From the NCBI GenBank assembly GCA_002245135.1, contig NGBS01001167.1:62001-126000 (forward strand): 64,000 nucleotides of DNA, in the 5' to 3' direction. This DNA comes from Proteromonas lacertae (lineage: Eukaryota). A model generated the notes under the pieces. That model had not been told where the DNA came from, ran no database searches, and was given only the letters and a program-made list of their open reading frames with translations. A program made the position numbers and the translations under genes. Below, piece by piece: positions 1 through 14,265 of the stretch (the stretch's first letter is position 1; every line of letters starts with the position of its first letter).

Positions 1-163
1 TCTCATGATGCTATTGATTTTATCAGATGTTATTGTTACAAAACATTTATTCTAGTGTTATCACATGAATAAACATGAAAATAGAAGATATCAATTAAAC
101 AGACAAAAATGTATTACACATAATACAGTGTATTTTAACCTAACTGTAATTTTGCTTTTTTGA

Positions 164-1074
164 ATGTCTTACTTCAAATTCTCTGATAAAAACCCTGGAG
201 GTATATATAAAAATGATAATGTTTAGGCAATGATTATCTGAAAAGAGAAATGAAACTTCACAGAGAGAGATTGAAAAAAGTTCAACCTTTAATCGACACC
301 GGTTGTATGCTATTATTTATATTATAGTTTGTAGTATATAATCCACCGCTTATTAGAAGAAAACATCTACAAATAAAAGATGAGACTTTAAGACCAGAAT
401 TTTATAACGCTGCAAGATTAGTATCTACAGCAAAGTCGAATATCGACACATCACCACCACCTCGATATTATGAAACAAAATATCATCACATCAGAGCTAG
501 AGAGCTTGCAAATAAAGTAGCAGAAGAAGAACATCAACGAGTATTAGATAATATGAGGAGAAGGATGTCAGAATATACAAAAAGTAAAGAACTATATAAA
601 AATCCAGTTTATTCTTACCTATTAAATCCATCTGTGAAGAAAGTAGTTACTGGTAATAGAGAATGTAAGTTTGTACCAATGGGCAACTTTGAAAAAAGAA
701 GAAATGAGTTATTGAGTGATATGAAATCAACCAATAGAAATTATTACTCAACATCAGCAAGAAGAAGTAGTAGTTCAACATATAACAGTAGAAGTAGAGG
801 TAGACCATCTTCTGCACCACCAAAGAAAGCTATAAATACATATGAAGATATATCCATTGAACCAAGACCATTAGAACCTGACGAGTTAGAGGACATGTTA
901 AAAGAAGAATTGTTAGCTATAATAGTGAAGAGGAATTTATATAAGGCAAGTGATTTAAGAGAATTATTTGATCATGCTTTGAAAAGGTGTAGAAAACCAG
1001 GATCAGTTTTTACTGTAGCATGTGTTGAGAGGGTCATTAGTGATTTAAAACAGAAGTTTAATTTATATTATTAG
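164..1074 (+). CDS. Hypothetical protein with weak SPATA7-like (ciliary) motifs; 2 short introns
   Basis: ATG at 164 splices through two GT-AG introns into ORF 553-1074. The motifs HRERLKKVQPLIDT and AKSNIDTSPP, and the C-terminal EELLAIIVKRNLYKASDLRELF, resemble SPATA7 from memory only. Confidence 0.5.
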
Positions 1075-1211
1075 TAATTTAACTTTTTTAAAGCTTTATT
1101 TAATAGAATGTTTGTTTATGGATTTAGATTCTACCAAAACACACAATGCTAAAAAAACGAACTGATAGTAATATTCTTAATGCCACTGTACAGAAAAAAT
1201 CAAAATCTAAA

Positions 1212-1494
1212 CTAATCATCGTTAGGGTATGAGATAAATCTAAAGCCATCCTCATCTGTATCTACATTATCACTTGGGTTTAGAATTTCTTTATTGCCTT
1301 GCGAATCATTCTTTGGACTAGTTTGGGTTTTAATTGGTAAATCAATAGAAGATCTTGATGATTTATTTACATATGCTGTTGGACTTTCCCATAGGTCATT
1401 ATACTTTAGAGAATCTTGCAATTCCTTCTCAAGACTTCTAGTAAGAATGTATAACTTAAAGACAATACTCAATTAGGTAGTGGTTTTGTATCAT
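1212..1494 (-). CDS. Small hypothetical protein (~83 aa, 1 intron)
   Basis: MIQNHYLIE exon joins ORF 1212-1472 through a 31-nt GTATTG..CTAG intron; no recognisable domain. Confidence 0.35.
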
Positions 1495-1824
1495 TATGCT
1501 TTTTGAGGTGAAGAATTGAAAGAAAACAATAATGAAAAAAAAATAATTTCGTTTTAAATGTTAATCAGTTATACAATTACATTTTGTTTTTTGCATGAAA
1601 CACCCTTTCTTAATTTTGTTACTCTTAACAGTACATTTTCCAGTAACTATAATAGTCATTATAACTATCATATTTTACACTCTTTCATTAATTCAGCAAC
1701 AATCTGAATAATCCAACTAAGTAAGTCAAAATGTTGATATTTCTATGGCATCACACATCGAGTTCGTCTTATTTCTAATTTTATTTAATCAAGAACACAA
1801 ATCATATAACTATTTAATAAATTA

Positions 1825-3268
1825 TTAATCACTCTCACAGTCAGAATCATCATCATCACCCTCCTTTTTAACATCTTTCTTTACTGATTCACGTAATATT
1901 TTATTACCTAGAATAAAAACTAAAAATATTAAATTATACGAACAGCAGCTTGTTCATCCTCTTCCTCATCATCATCAAAAAATGAATCATCTATTTTTGC
2001 ACCTACTTTAAAGTCATTAACTGTTTTAACTTCTTCATTTTGTATCTATGATTAAATTAACACAATCTACATATATATATGTATATACTTTCAACGAATC
2101 ACTCTTTGGAACAATATATTTAGCAGGATCAATATTAACAACTTCTTTAGATTTCTTTCTTTTATCATCTTTACTACTTTTTTCTTTCTTATTTTCCTCT
2201 TTTTGTTTTTGTTTTTCTAATTTAGCTTTCTCTTTAGGATCAAGTTGTGGTTGTACTTCATATTGAATACCAACAGGATGAGTTCTTTGCCATATTTCAT
2301 AATCATCACTTCTTACATTTGTTATTTCTTTATATTTCTTAACTGTTAATGTTATACATTCTTCTGTGTCTTTTAATTGTTGTTCCAATATTTCCTTTTT
2401 GTATCTTAAGAATGGTATATCAATGTAACGATAGAGAAAGTCTAAGCCATAACAATTACCTGTTGATATTTCTAAATAGGAAATATCTTCTTTTCTTATT
2501 TCATCAATTGCTTTATGTACATCTTCTAATGATATATCCCAAGCTAAATTTTGATCTCTATTATTATGAAAAATAATTAATTATATAAACATTATTATAC
2601 TTGAAATTAAGTAATACTAAAATGTTTATTTCTTTTGGAACATCTTGAACCATTTTCTTCAAATATTCAATTGATGTTGACTATTACACAATATACATAT
2701 AAACAAAACAAATATATACAACTCTTGGATCAATGAGGATAAAAACCATCTGACAGTTCTGATAAACATCTACTGTTGTTGCATCTAAATATGTTATTTT
2801 CATTTGACCAGATTGCACTAATTAATATAATAATACAAATGAAAATATACTTGAATCACTTTTAACTGGAACTTTTGCTTCGTCAACTACATCCCACATT
2901 TCAAACTAGAGAATTATTATTGATTTAATAAAATACCTTTACTATTTCGCTACTAACTTTTGAACTCCATTGAATATGTCCTACTTGAATCTCAGGAGTA
3001 GGCTCATAACCAGGCTTTAATAATTTCCCCTCTAATCTTCTAAACAAACTAGTCTTCCCAGATTGTCTATCACCTCTAAGTATAACTTTCACTATATAAT
3101 CGATAACAAAATATATATACTATTATAGTCAACACCTTTGTGAATTTTATCCTGAGTGGATTGATCCATTTTTCTAATAGCTGCTTTTTTGAATTCATCT
3201 ATGTACTCTTCAACATCATCCTCATGCTTCTGAGCATCCTTCTTGTTCTTTCCAAAAATAGAAAACAT
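1825..3268 (-). CDS. RABL6: Rab-like protein 6 (RBEL1/PARF-type GTPase), multi-intron
   Basis: Spliced translation gives [38 protein letters not shown]...EIQVGHIQW...FEMWDVVD, matching the RABL6 N-terminus, followed by a Lys/acidic tail. Confidence 0.85.
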
Positions 3269-3455
3269 AATAATAAAAATCTAGTCGTTTCAATAATATT
3301 AACCAAAATTTTTGAAAACCCTCTTCAAAATCATGTTCTAATCAAACATTTCATTTTTAATTAAAATGTATTTTATAAGCCTACTGGATTTCTTTTTTTA
3401 AACACTTTTCATATTTTATATATCTACATTTTATTCTAATATTAAATAGTCCATT

Positions 3456-3893
3456 ATGCCAGTTAAACGTCGTAATAACGGTAGATCAAAGAAAAACCGA
3501 GGTCATGTCAAACCAATAAGATGTACCAACTGTGGTAGATGCTGTCCAAAAGTATGACATATTATTTATTCAATTTTATTGACTTTTACTAATTAATTTC
3601 TAGGATAAAGCTGTCAAGAGATTTCAAGTAAGAAACATTGTTGATGCCTCATCCCAAAGAGATATTAAAGCTGCTTCAGCTATTATTACAGCTGGTATAT
3701 TTCTTTTTTTGATTTTGTTATTAATATAGAATACGTATTACCAAAATTATACGTAAAACAAAATTACTGTATCTCCTGTGCTTGTCACGCACGTATTGTA
3801 CGTGTAAGATCAAGAGAACAAAGAAGAGTCAGAACTAATCCACAACAGAGAAAAAGACAAAACAACAATCAAAATAGAGAAAAGAAGAACTAG
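3456..3893 (+). CDS. RPS26: 40S ribosomal protein eS26; introns 3552-3603 and 3695-3729
   Basis: [46 protein letters not shown]...|[27 protein letters not shown]; missed by the ORF track because of introns. Confidence 0.97.
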
Positions 3894-3984
3894 ACGAGGC
3901 TAATGGCATTTTATTAATTGAAAAAATAATAATTATGTTTTCTTTTGGATTATAATAAATATACACATATATAAATAACAACAA

Positions 3985-4923
3985 TTAAATTTTTCTAAAT
4001 TTAGAGTGAATCCATAATCTATGCATCTCCTTTTGCTCTTTACGATTCACTATTTTTCTTCTTATCAACTTTATTTCTATCAATTCAAAACCACATTTGT
4101 TAAACAAACTAATAACTTCATCTATAAACGAAAATAAATTATATAATATCAATATAATACCTTGTTTAAAGAAATAAGATCTAGTTCCATCTTGTCTAAC
4201 ATAAAAATTCTCAGCTAATCTCTTTTCTGGTTTAAATCTCAATTGAGCATGATCTTTATAAGCATAATCTCTAAATAGCAATATTCCTCCACTCTTCAAT
4301 GGTTGACTGGCATGTCGAATGAACTGCTCCATTTGATTAGGTGATACAGATGATAATACAAACAGTATTAATAGGAAATCACAAGGAGGTACAATGTCTG
4401 GAGTTGGTATTGAATTTACTACATCCATTTGAAAAACATTACATCTTTCTGGATTATATTCAGGTTTTTTCTATTTATTATTATTATATACTACTTTAGG
4501 TTATAAATACTTTTATTAATTCAATTGCTGCTTTTGCAAAATCACATCCATATACTGTCAATTGAGAAAATGCATCAAGTAAAGGAAAAAATGCATTACC
4601 TACACCACAACCTACTTCAAACAGTATTGGATTCTATTTATTATAATGACTGATTATACATCAACTGTTCCAATCTCACTGAATTCTATTGGTAAATAAT
4701 TTCTACAAAGTAATTATCAATTTTTATACCTGTTTTTGTAAAAATGAGTTGTGTTACTCTGATAAAATTTGTGCCAATTCCTACCAGCATATTTTTCGTA
4801 GTCTTTGTATTTGTATTCTGGTAATACTTTATTATGTGTTTCTAGAACTTCATCTGTGTGTTTATCCCAATCAGAATCATAGTCTTCCTCTGTAACAGGC
4901 AATTCTTCTTCAGAATCAGACAT
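3985..4923 (-). CDS. METTL6: tRNA N3-methylcytidine methyltransferase (METTL6/METTL2/Trm140 family)
   Basis: Motifs WHKFY..N.THFYKNR, FEVGCGVGNAFFPLL, GCDF, LIFVLSS, LFRDY..DHAQLRF, NFYVRQDGTRSYFF; 4 introns. Confidence 0.88.
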
Positions 4924-5000
4924 TTTTGTATTTTCTGGCTTGAAATATTCAAGCAACAACACAAGCCAATAGTCGAACTTGAATTGTATCTTTGCTTCTA

Positions 5001-8000
5001 ATGTCTATTCATCGTGACTTTTTGACAGGTAAATGTTCTATTTGTGGCAAGCAACAGTCGTACATCGCATATGAAACAGAAGACTATTTTTGTTGCTCAA
5101 ATGATTCAAACACGTATGATAGAATTATGATTATGTTAATAGTTTTGACTTAAAAGATGAAGAATTCACTCAATTGTGTGGATTTTGTAACTACTATGAT
5201 GGATCAAACTGGGAACAATATACGTTTGTGTGTTATAATCAATACCTTTTGTTGTATGGAGACATTGATGATAAAGCTCCAGAAGTATTTTTATTCAGTT
5301 ATACTCCAATAGTTTATAATTGATTTAAGTCAATCAAAATTTCGTAAAGATAATGAGATACAAATTACTATAAAATCAACAAGACTTTTTAGTTTTTCAT
5401 TCCTAACAGAGAATGATTGTGATAAATGGCTATCTTTACTGAAACATAACCAATCAGTATTAATCATTATATATGTAATTATTATATTATAGATTGCCAG
5501 TGCTAAACAATTACCAGCAGTTGATCCTTTATCTGTGATAGGTAAAATACATAAAGAAGCTAAACAATCATACATAAAATCACTTTCTAATGATTTATTA
5601 GAGAATACAAAATCAACTGTATATATTTTTATTTTATTTTAATATTTTATAAATATATAGGAGTTGCATGTATTTGTAGGAACTTGGAACATGAATGAGT
5701 CTTCAAATTGTAATAAATTAACAGATTGGATAGGTAAAGGGTATGATATATATGCAATTGGTGTTCAAGAGTGTATGGACATTAATCTGTTTGAAGAAGA
5801 GTTGAATAACATATTGGGATCAACCTATTACTTAATTCAAACCTCAATTGGTAGTGTATACTATATATATTATATTATATTGTTATAGGCAAATACATCA
5901 TTAGGTTATCATGGATATATTGCTTTATATTTATATATTAAAGCGAATTTATTATATACGAACTTCATTTCAAGTAGTAGTATCAAACAAAGTGATGCTT
6001 CTTATGGTAAAAATTTGATCGTTACAAAAGCAGCAAACAAAGGTGCAGTTTGTATCCAAGTTCCGTTGAATTACTTTAATTTGAATTTACCAATTAATGG
6101 TAAATTACCATCCAATTACGCCTTTATCTGTTGTCATTTACCTTCTGATATTGATAACAACTCCAAATGGAAGGAAAGAGACAATATATCCTATGATATA
6201 ATAAAAGATTTAAATATTAATTTATCATCTACCAATGTGATTTTATTTGGTGATTTGAATTATCGTTTAGGTTTGGATCATTTGGATTGTTTAAGATTAA
6301 TAACAACAGCATGCCAAGATAGAGATATAACATTATCACAGAACAGTTGGACTCAGTTGTTTTATGCTGATGAATTACATATATCTATGAATAATGGAAA
6401 TGCATTTCAGAATTTTGTGGAAGTTAGTGATATTAGATTTCCACCTACTTATAAAAGAATTGTATTTTTATTATATTTATATACTATATTATTTCAATAG
6501 AAAGGTTGTAAATTCAATAAAGAAGATTTTACCAATTATGACAAGCTTTTCTCAAGCTATGAACATGAAGTGATTGAAAACACTCAAGTTATATCAAAGA
6601 CACCTTCTTATACTGATAGAATATTATATTATTCACCATTAATGTCATCTATATCAACATATTGTTTGAAATATGATTGTGTTAATTCAATTAATTCTTC
6701 GGATCATTGTCCTGTTTATTCATCATTAGTGATAAGAAGAGGAATTGAGAAAGATATTGATTCAATGATTCCGTTAGAATCTGCATTTGATCAAGAATCA
6801 TTTATAAAATCACTTTTCTTAAGTGATTTTTTTACTCATTTAGTAGATAATAAACATATGAATGTTTCAATCACTTTTGATCAAGCCAAACTATTATCTC
6901 GAACTTGTGTAATAACTCGTCCAAGATCTAATTCAATAATATTCCAGGAAGGTATGCAAGGTGGTTCACTCATGTTTATTATCTCAGGAAATGTACAAAT
7001 GTCTACTGGTAATTACAAATTGAAAGAATTAAAACCTGGTGATTGGTTTGGTGGACAAGTTTTTATTGGTTTACCCGTCAATTACCAAATTACATCCATT
7101 ACAAACTGTACATTATTATGTTGGAATTTACAGTCATTTGATGTTATTACTCAGATAGATAACCAATTATCTGATAATATTATAAATACATTGAAATTAT
7201 ATGTATTGATTATTATTTGATTTATTTTTAATATAGTTTATGGAGAGCGTATATGATTTATTTGGATTTTCAGATGTTCCTTCCACTTTACCATACAATC
7301 CAATTCCATTATTACTATCAGCAGTAGAGATTCACGATTTCCCTAAGAACTTTCAAATGATTTATGCCAATATTGTGAATGATAAAACATATTATATTAT
7401 ATCAGGAAATGTTGATGTATCAATAGCGAATAAAAGTATAAATATATTATTATTATTATTAAATTATTTATTATATATAGGTGGTAAAGAGTATATATTA
7501 AAGAAATATACAAGTGGAGATGTAGTGAACTTATATAATCTTTGTGAAGATAAAATCATAGAGTCTTTTTACAATGCTTGGACTACAACACCTGTAAGAG
7601 TAATGATAATAAAAAGATCAACATTTATTAATTATATAAAACATTGCAAAAGTCCAGAGAAGAATATTAATGAAGTTGCTAATTTGTTTTATAGACAAAT
7701 CTCATTACCTGACAATATGACTGATTATTTAGTGGAATTGAGCGGATTTAATGCAATACAAAAGAGATTATTATTTAATCTATTCAAGTATATATATATA
7801 TTAATGTATTTATAGTGGAAATAAGTATGGTAATGGTGATACAATATTTGATCCATCAAAATATTCACAAGGTTATTTCCATTTATTAATATCAGGTGAT
7901 TGTGCTTTAAGAAATAATGTTGCTACCAATAAAATAAAAGATAAAAGATATGTTATCAATGAAGGTAGTTGGCTTAATGTACATATTATATATTTTTATA

Positions 8001-9918
8001 TTGTATTTAGAAATATGCCAATAATAAAGATGTAGTTGTAGCAATAGAAAAATGTGAAGTTATTATGATATTAGAAAATCAATTACCAACTCTAGCCTTC
8101 TTATTATATTCAGGAATCTTAACAGATTTAAAAGATATTGGTGCAAGAACAATGGATAGAAGAAAACCACATTTTTACAGTGTAATGGTAGAAATAATCG
8201 AAGCAAAAGATATAAAACCAAAAATCCCCTCCAAATCTTCAATATTTTGTACAATGGAGTATTATCATGGTGATGGATCAAAAGAAAGTGGTTTTATTGA
8301 AGAAACAATTCATTCTGTTAATACATCCAATCCTCAATGGAACTCAATTATTGTAATTACATTCCCTTCAAAGATAGAAAAGATATTAGTTCATGCAATC
8401 GTTCAACCACCAAATAATTCACCATTTGAAATTGGTAGATGTGATATTAATATTAGAGAATTAAGGAGGATATTTGAGACTAATAAAACACCAGTTATGA
8501 ATTGGTTTAAAATATCAAATGTTTCACAGGATACTGGTTCTTTGCGTATTATTGTTACTCCAATATCTGGTACTGATTACATTACAATTCCAACTGAAGA
8601 TGACTTTAGTAAATATATTAAAGAAAAACCAGTTACTGTAGATGTTTCTGATATGAAAGGATTTTTACTTTACAGTAATAGTGGAAGTAATAATGTGAAT
8701 ATTCCAACTGAAGAGGATAATAATAATGATGGTGATAATATAATAGAAGGTGGAAATACTGATAATAATGATAATGATGAGATAGATTTATTCAATTCTG
8801 TACCACAACCTACTCCATTAGATAATGTAATGAGTTTAGTGGATGATTTACCCACAATACAAGGTACTGGTGCTACAGCTAAAATACAAACTCCGACAAT
8901 AATAATGAATGATAATCCATTCATAGGAGGAGGTAATGTTAATCCATTTGGTGTAACTGCAAATAGAAGTCCAGAAAGAACAATGTCTAAACAAACTAAT
9001 ATCAATGATAATCCATTCGCTACAAAGAAATCACCACTTCCTCAGCAGCATCATCATCATAAACCACAAATACAACAAGAAATTGTACCTGATGAATCAT
9101 TTGTAGCATTTCCAGTAACACCAAAGAAAGAAGAAACTGAAACAGAAGTTCCATTTGATAGTTTCCCAACTGAATCAAACCCAACACAAGCAGCAGATGA
9201 TGTTGATTTATTCAATTCTATTCCAACTGTTGAAAATCCTGTTGATAAGTTAGATGATATGTTTAATTCAATTCCTATTAGTCAAACACAACCATCTTTC
9301 GATTCATTATTAAATGAAATACCAATATCAACAACAGATGTTATTCCACCAACTATTCCAGCCAGACCACAGAGACCTCCAAGACCTAATGAAACTGTAG
9401 ATATTCCATTACCAGAACCAACTGTTACTCCACCACAAAGACCACAAAGACCTCAAAGACCACCTCGTCCAGAAGTAAATGAGACAACTCCTACTATTCC
9501 AGAAATACCAATTGTACCTCCAGTACCAACACAACAACCACCAATACCACCTCCATTACCACCAGAAGCAGTAGTTCAACAACAACAACAACAATCACAA
9601 TTACCAACAGTTCCTCCACAAAGACCTCCACCTCCACCAGTTAATATCATGTCCAGTTTACCACCAACAACTGTATTAAATGCAGCACCACCAATACCAG
9701 TTCGTCATGCTCCTCCTCCACCACCACCTCAACCACCTGCACCTGGATTTGCAGTTCAAACACCTCCTGTTCCACCTCCACCACCACCAGCTCCACTTCC
9801 TTACAGACAACCACCACCTCCTCCAGTACCTTATCCACCAACTCAATATGGAAGACCAGCACCTCCTCCTCCTCCTCCTCCTCCACCACCACCACCACCA
9901 CCACCACCAAGATATTAA
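5001..9918 (+). CDS. Inositol polyphosphate 5-phosphatase with PH, three cNMP-binding-like, C2, NPF and polyproline regions
   Basis: IPPc motifs GTWNM, AIGVQE, ANKGAV, CHLPS, FGDLNYRL, FPPTYK, PSYTDRILY, SSDHCPV. cNMP-like IIFQEG..MFIISGNV..LKPGDWFGG. C2-like VEIIEAKDI..NTSNPQWN. All exons join through canonical short introns. Confidence 0.88.
9700..9910 (+). repeat. CCA/CCT-rich low-complexity tract encoding polyproline
   Basis: Runs of cct/cca at the end of ORF 8065-9918; the overlapping poly-H/W/V ORFs are by-products. Confidence 0.9.
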
Positions 9919-10055
9919 AGAGAGAGAGAGATTCATTATATACCTTTATTATTTTTTTTGTAGAATTGTTATTTTTTATGAATTTTGATTAACACGTGAA
10001 ATACAATTAATATTAATAAATACATAATATATTATATAAAAAATAATAATCTAAA

Positions 10056-10476
10056 TTAACCAATTGTAAGTGCAAATATATTAACAACACATGAAATATG
10101 TTCTGCTTCAACAACTACAGTTAACGAACCATCTGTTGCACTGTCCCAATAACATCCTGAACTTGTCTTGAATTCAGCATTTTTTTGTGCTATTGTTGAT
10201 ACAACTAAAATATATAAAATGATTCATATACCTACAACCCTATAACCTCTCAATTTATCTGAAACATATGGAACGATATGTTGAGTTATCTCTTGTAACC
10301 AACCATCTACCTTTGAAGAATCATATTGAGATGATCCCAATGTTTGACTTACAACCTAATCAAAGTATATAAAAAAATACTTCCTGGGTATAACCCTCAA
10401 AATCTGCTTTGAGATCATCTATCTTCTATGCATTTCTATTATTTTAAAAGTATACAGTAGGCGGAGCAAGAGCCAT
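10056..10476 (-). CDS. Dynein light chain, Tctex-1 family; 3 introns (one of 25 nt, 10356-10380)
   Basis: Spliced: VVSQTLGSSQYDSSKVDGWLQEITQ...YRVVVVSTIAQK...SGCYWDSATDGSLTV...ISCVVNIFAL, the Tctex-1 pattern. Confidence 0.85.
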
Positions 10477-10586
10477 ATGTTGAGAAAATCTAAAAAAACA
10501 AAATATTCAAGCCAATAAGCTTGATATTCTATTTTGAATATTTATCAATAATAAACATATTTAAATCACAATAAATTACTATTTTA

Positions 10587-11744
10587 CTATTTTGTGTATT
10601 TATAATAAGATGAAGAAAAATTGTCGTGTTTTGCCATGAATTCAGCATAACTGATTGTGTTTGTTCTGCTTCTCATCCTATCCCTACTACTAGACTTTGA
10701 CATGTGATTTGAATGAATTAATTTTAGTGAAGTCAAGGAATATGTATTACTAACTCTAAATCCATAACCATACGTCTGTTTAAGTGATACAATTACATTC
10801 TCTTTAGATTTCTCTGAACATACAATTAAACCAAAATTAAAAGAATAGGGAGAAGGTCTTTTGGTAAATAATTGTCTGAATAGTTTTATATGGCAAGGTT
10901 CACGAGGGGCTTCATCCTCTCTTTTCTTGGAATAGTAAAAATTGATCTTATTCTTAATAATATGATAGTCTTTTTCACTAAATACGTTACATCGCACTGC
11001 TTCTTGAAAATGATAAATAAATAATTTAAATTCATCATCATTGTTTAGAAAATACATGAAATCACGAATATTATATATATATCCAAATCTATATTTAAAA
11101 TGATTAAATTTATAGTGCATATTATAATATACTCATTACAATCAGTATGTTTCTCGTTTAAATACTTGCTTAAATTATTTTTTATACTATCACTTAATCC
11201 GAATGTATGTGTAAAAGTGGTGATTTGATTCTATTCTCATAGTATAACATATAATTATTATATACTTGAGTAATGAACAAATTACTATAAATTCTACTCA
11301 TGGCAATCATCACTGTAACAATCTGCCTATAATCAAAAAAGGAAAACAAACACACAAAACAAAAATAATCGTTTGAAATAAATACACCTATGATATGGAA
11401 CATATGTAAATATACCACACTTAAAATAGGAAGATATTAACCCGTGATATAGTGGATCAAATAAAGACAGGAGGGTTATTATTGGTACTTTGGACGATGA
11501 ATCTGACTTACTCCACATAATTAAATATGATGATTGTATTGTCATAACATCGTAATAACTAAAAAATAAAGTTTCAGCTACTAAATTCGATAAATGATTT
11601 AGAGGTAAAAGAGTTGATTTTTTATCCCACGATCCAGATGTCATGACATTATAAGCATGAACCTATTACTTTATAATGACAAAAATCTACTAATTCTTCT
11701 GCTGTATCTTCATTTCCCAAATTTGTGTCTATACTCAAAGACAT
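10587..11744 (-). CDS. Tandem family member A, degenerate calcineurin-B/recoverin-like EF-hand protein
   Basis: Spliced model with 4 introns; shares YHGLI..F, FVCLFSFF, SRIYSNLFIT, P.E.C, PYSF and YGY motifs with the two neighbours. EF-hand affinity is inference. Confidence 0.6.
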
Positions 11745-11898
11745 TAAATAAGAGAGAGAACCTCGATAAACAAAAAAAACTGATTAAACGTTGAAAAATA
11801 TATTCGTTACACACCAAATAAACTCAATTAAAAAACAAGAAAGAATAAATAATTAAGTATATATTTACAGGATAATACTATTAACATTAATTTAAAAA

Positions 11899-12891
11899 CT
11901 ATTTCTGAGAATCACTTGCAGTGACTTTTATTAATTCGGTATTAGCTGTACATTTAGATGTCTGTGGTAATATTAAATTATTTTTAACACAAGCAAATGT
12001 GGGACATCTTACTGAATAGCCAAACTTCTGTCTAACCATCAACATGAAGTTATCCATTCCATCATATCCAGGCCTTGCTAAGCAATAATCATAATAATAT
12101 GGGTCACACCTCTGTGACATTAACCTTCTATAACACTTACTAATACACGATTCAGGGGGTGGTATAGCTGTTAAAGGGTGTGAATAATAGAAAATGAATC
12201 TATTCTTTATATCATTATAAACATCTGCTGTGAATATATTTTTAATCATTTCATCTTTAAATCCAACAACTAAATTCATGAATTCTCGAGAACATTCTAT
12301 ATAATCTCGAAAATCTTTCAGTTGATAATTAATATTATCTCTTGTGCTTGAATTAGTTTTTAGAAATCTCATCACATTTTCATATAAACCCCTATTCAGA
12401 GAATAATCATTTACGAATGATTCTATTTGATCCATAGTTATAAATACATTACTATAAACTTTTATCATCGATAATAATAGAGTGAGAATGTGTGATGGAG
12501 TAAAAAAAGTAATCATTGAAACGAAATTAAAAAACATTCTATAGATGATTGGACCGTTTTGAAAGAAATGAGTAATTATTCCGTGGTATTTCGTTGAAAA
12601 CATGGTTAATAGTGATATTATTGAGACTGTGTTAATGGATTCATCTTCATGCCACATTTTCAGATACTTCTCTTGATATATTCTAACTTCATAATTGTTT
12701 AATAAGATAGTTTCACACATAACCATATTACAAGGAGGAATCATCAACAGCAGTTGAGATTTTTTCTTCTTCGTTTTTATCATAAGCTTATACGCCTCAT
12801 TCTATTCAATAAATTTATGAGACTAATATACTAATTCCTCTAATGTAGGGTCATGATATGGGTTTGCTTCGCTACTTGTTGTAGGATTCAT
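11899..12891 (-). CDS. Tandem family member B
   Basis: ORF 11899-12783 plus a short first exon; motifs YHGIITHFF, KVYSNVFITMDQI, PPESC, PYYYDY, FGYS. Confidence 0.65.
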
Positions 12892-13082
12892 TATTTATTA
12901 AAATAAAATATGTATATTATATGAAATGCTGGATTGTAAAACGAAAAAAATCAAATTATTTAAAAACGAACAAATTTTTTATTAAAACAAAAACAACTTA
13001 AAAATCAATGAATGGCATATAAATAAATTAATATAAATTAATATATACTAAATGAAATCAAAGTGTATTCACATATAATTTA

Positions 13083-14265
13083 CTATATTGTAGTTTTTGT
13101 TTTAATTGGAAATATACTGCTGTTGTTAACATTATTACTACACTTATAACCACGTATAGATTGTTTTAAATTTAATCGTACAGATCCTAAACTATAAGGG
13201 CTACTTGAAGTAATAGTAGTATCATTACACCTAAAAGACTTCAACGTTCTTTTAAGAGAAGTTTCACGTTGTAAATTAGACTGATTATTAGATAAAGACT
13301 CAACTCTAGAGGAATAACCATATCTTCTTTTCATCATAAATACCATATTGGACTTAACATCTTTTATATCACAATTATTAGGGAAATAATCAAATGCATA
13401 TGGATGTGGTTGTTTAGTAAACACAACACGATGTAAATAATCACAACACCTTTCTTTAGGTGGTTTTAGATTCTGCATATTATCATCGTAATAGAATGTA
13501 ATTCGTCGAAATATTCTCATATAATCGAAAGGTGTAAAAACAAAATTAATAACTACTTGTTTGAATTGGTATAAATAATTGGTGAACTTTGGATGAGCTT
13601 GGAGGACAGAAATAAATGATTTAATTGAGTATGTGTCTTTTGGATATCTATTTATTTAATTAGTATTATATATCTATATACCCTGCTTCATTTTCCATCA
13701 TCTTTGTTAAATTCTCAACTATATCGTCTCTGAGTATCTTCTTTGTTTGGTATTCCTTGAAGAATGAATTAATTTGCTCTTTTGTGATAATTAAATTACT
13801 GTATATTTTTGACATACTCAACAACAACTGGATTTGACTGTTTATATTAAAAAAGGAGAAGAAGCACACAAATATAAAGAATTCATAACAATTAAACGTC
13901 TTTTTGGTAAAAAAGTTAGATATTATCCCATAATAGTCATGGTCAAAGTAATGTGTAAGTGATTGCAGTAAAACATATGACTTTCTTGTATCTAACTCCC
14001 ACAGTTTCAAGTATGTCTCTTGTATCTTCTGTATATCATAATTTGTCACTAAAAAAAAAAAAAGTCAGATATATACTGAAAAGAGCACCTGCCATTTCGA
14101 AACTGATAGCTTCAAGAGGGAAGTACAACTGATTCGAGCGAATATTTCCTTTTACCATATCTTTGTGAGCTTTCTCCTACTCTATAAATAGCGTTATTAT
14201 ACCAATATTTCAACTGTCTCAACATACGAGGTAAAAGAATCAGACGAATGCATAACTCGCGTCAT
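13083..14265 (-). CDS. Tandem family member C
   Basis: Spliced model with 3 introns; motifs YYGIISNFF, FVCFFSFF, KIYSNLIITKEQI, PPKERC, PYAFDY, YGYS. Confidence 0.6.

Noticed and set aside
1109..1117. TGTTTGTT motif, suggesting Blastocystis-style stop codons created by polyadenylation
   Set aside because: Every gene end I traced (RPS26, Tctex1, CSL4, RBX1-like, AQR, RABL6, etc.) has a genomic stop codon, and the motif is not systematically placed.
9647..9988. Poly-Trp/Arg, poly-Val/Glu and poly-His ORFs
   Set aside because: Alternate-frame and antisense readings of the polyproline CCA/CCT tract.
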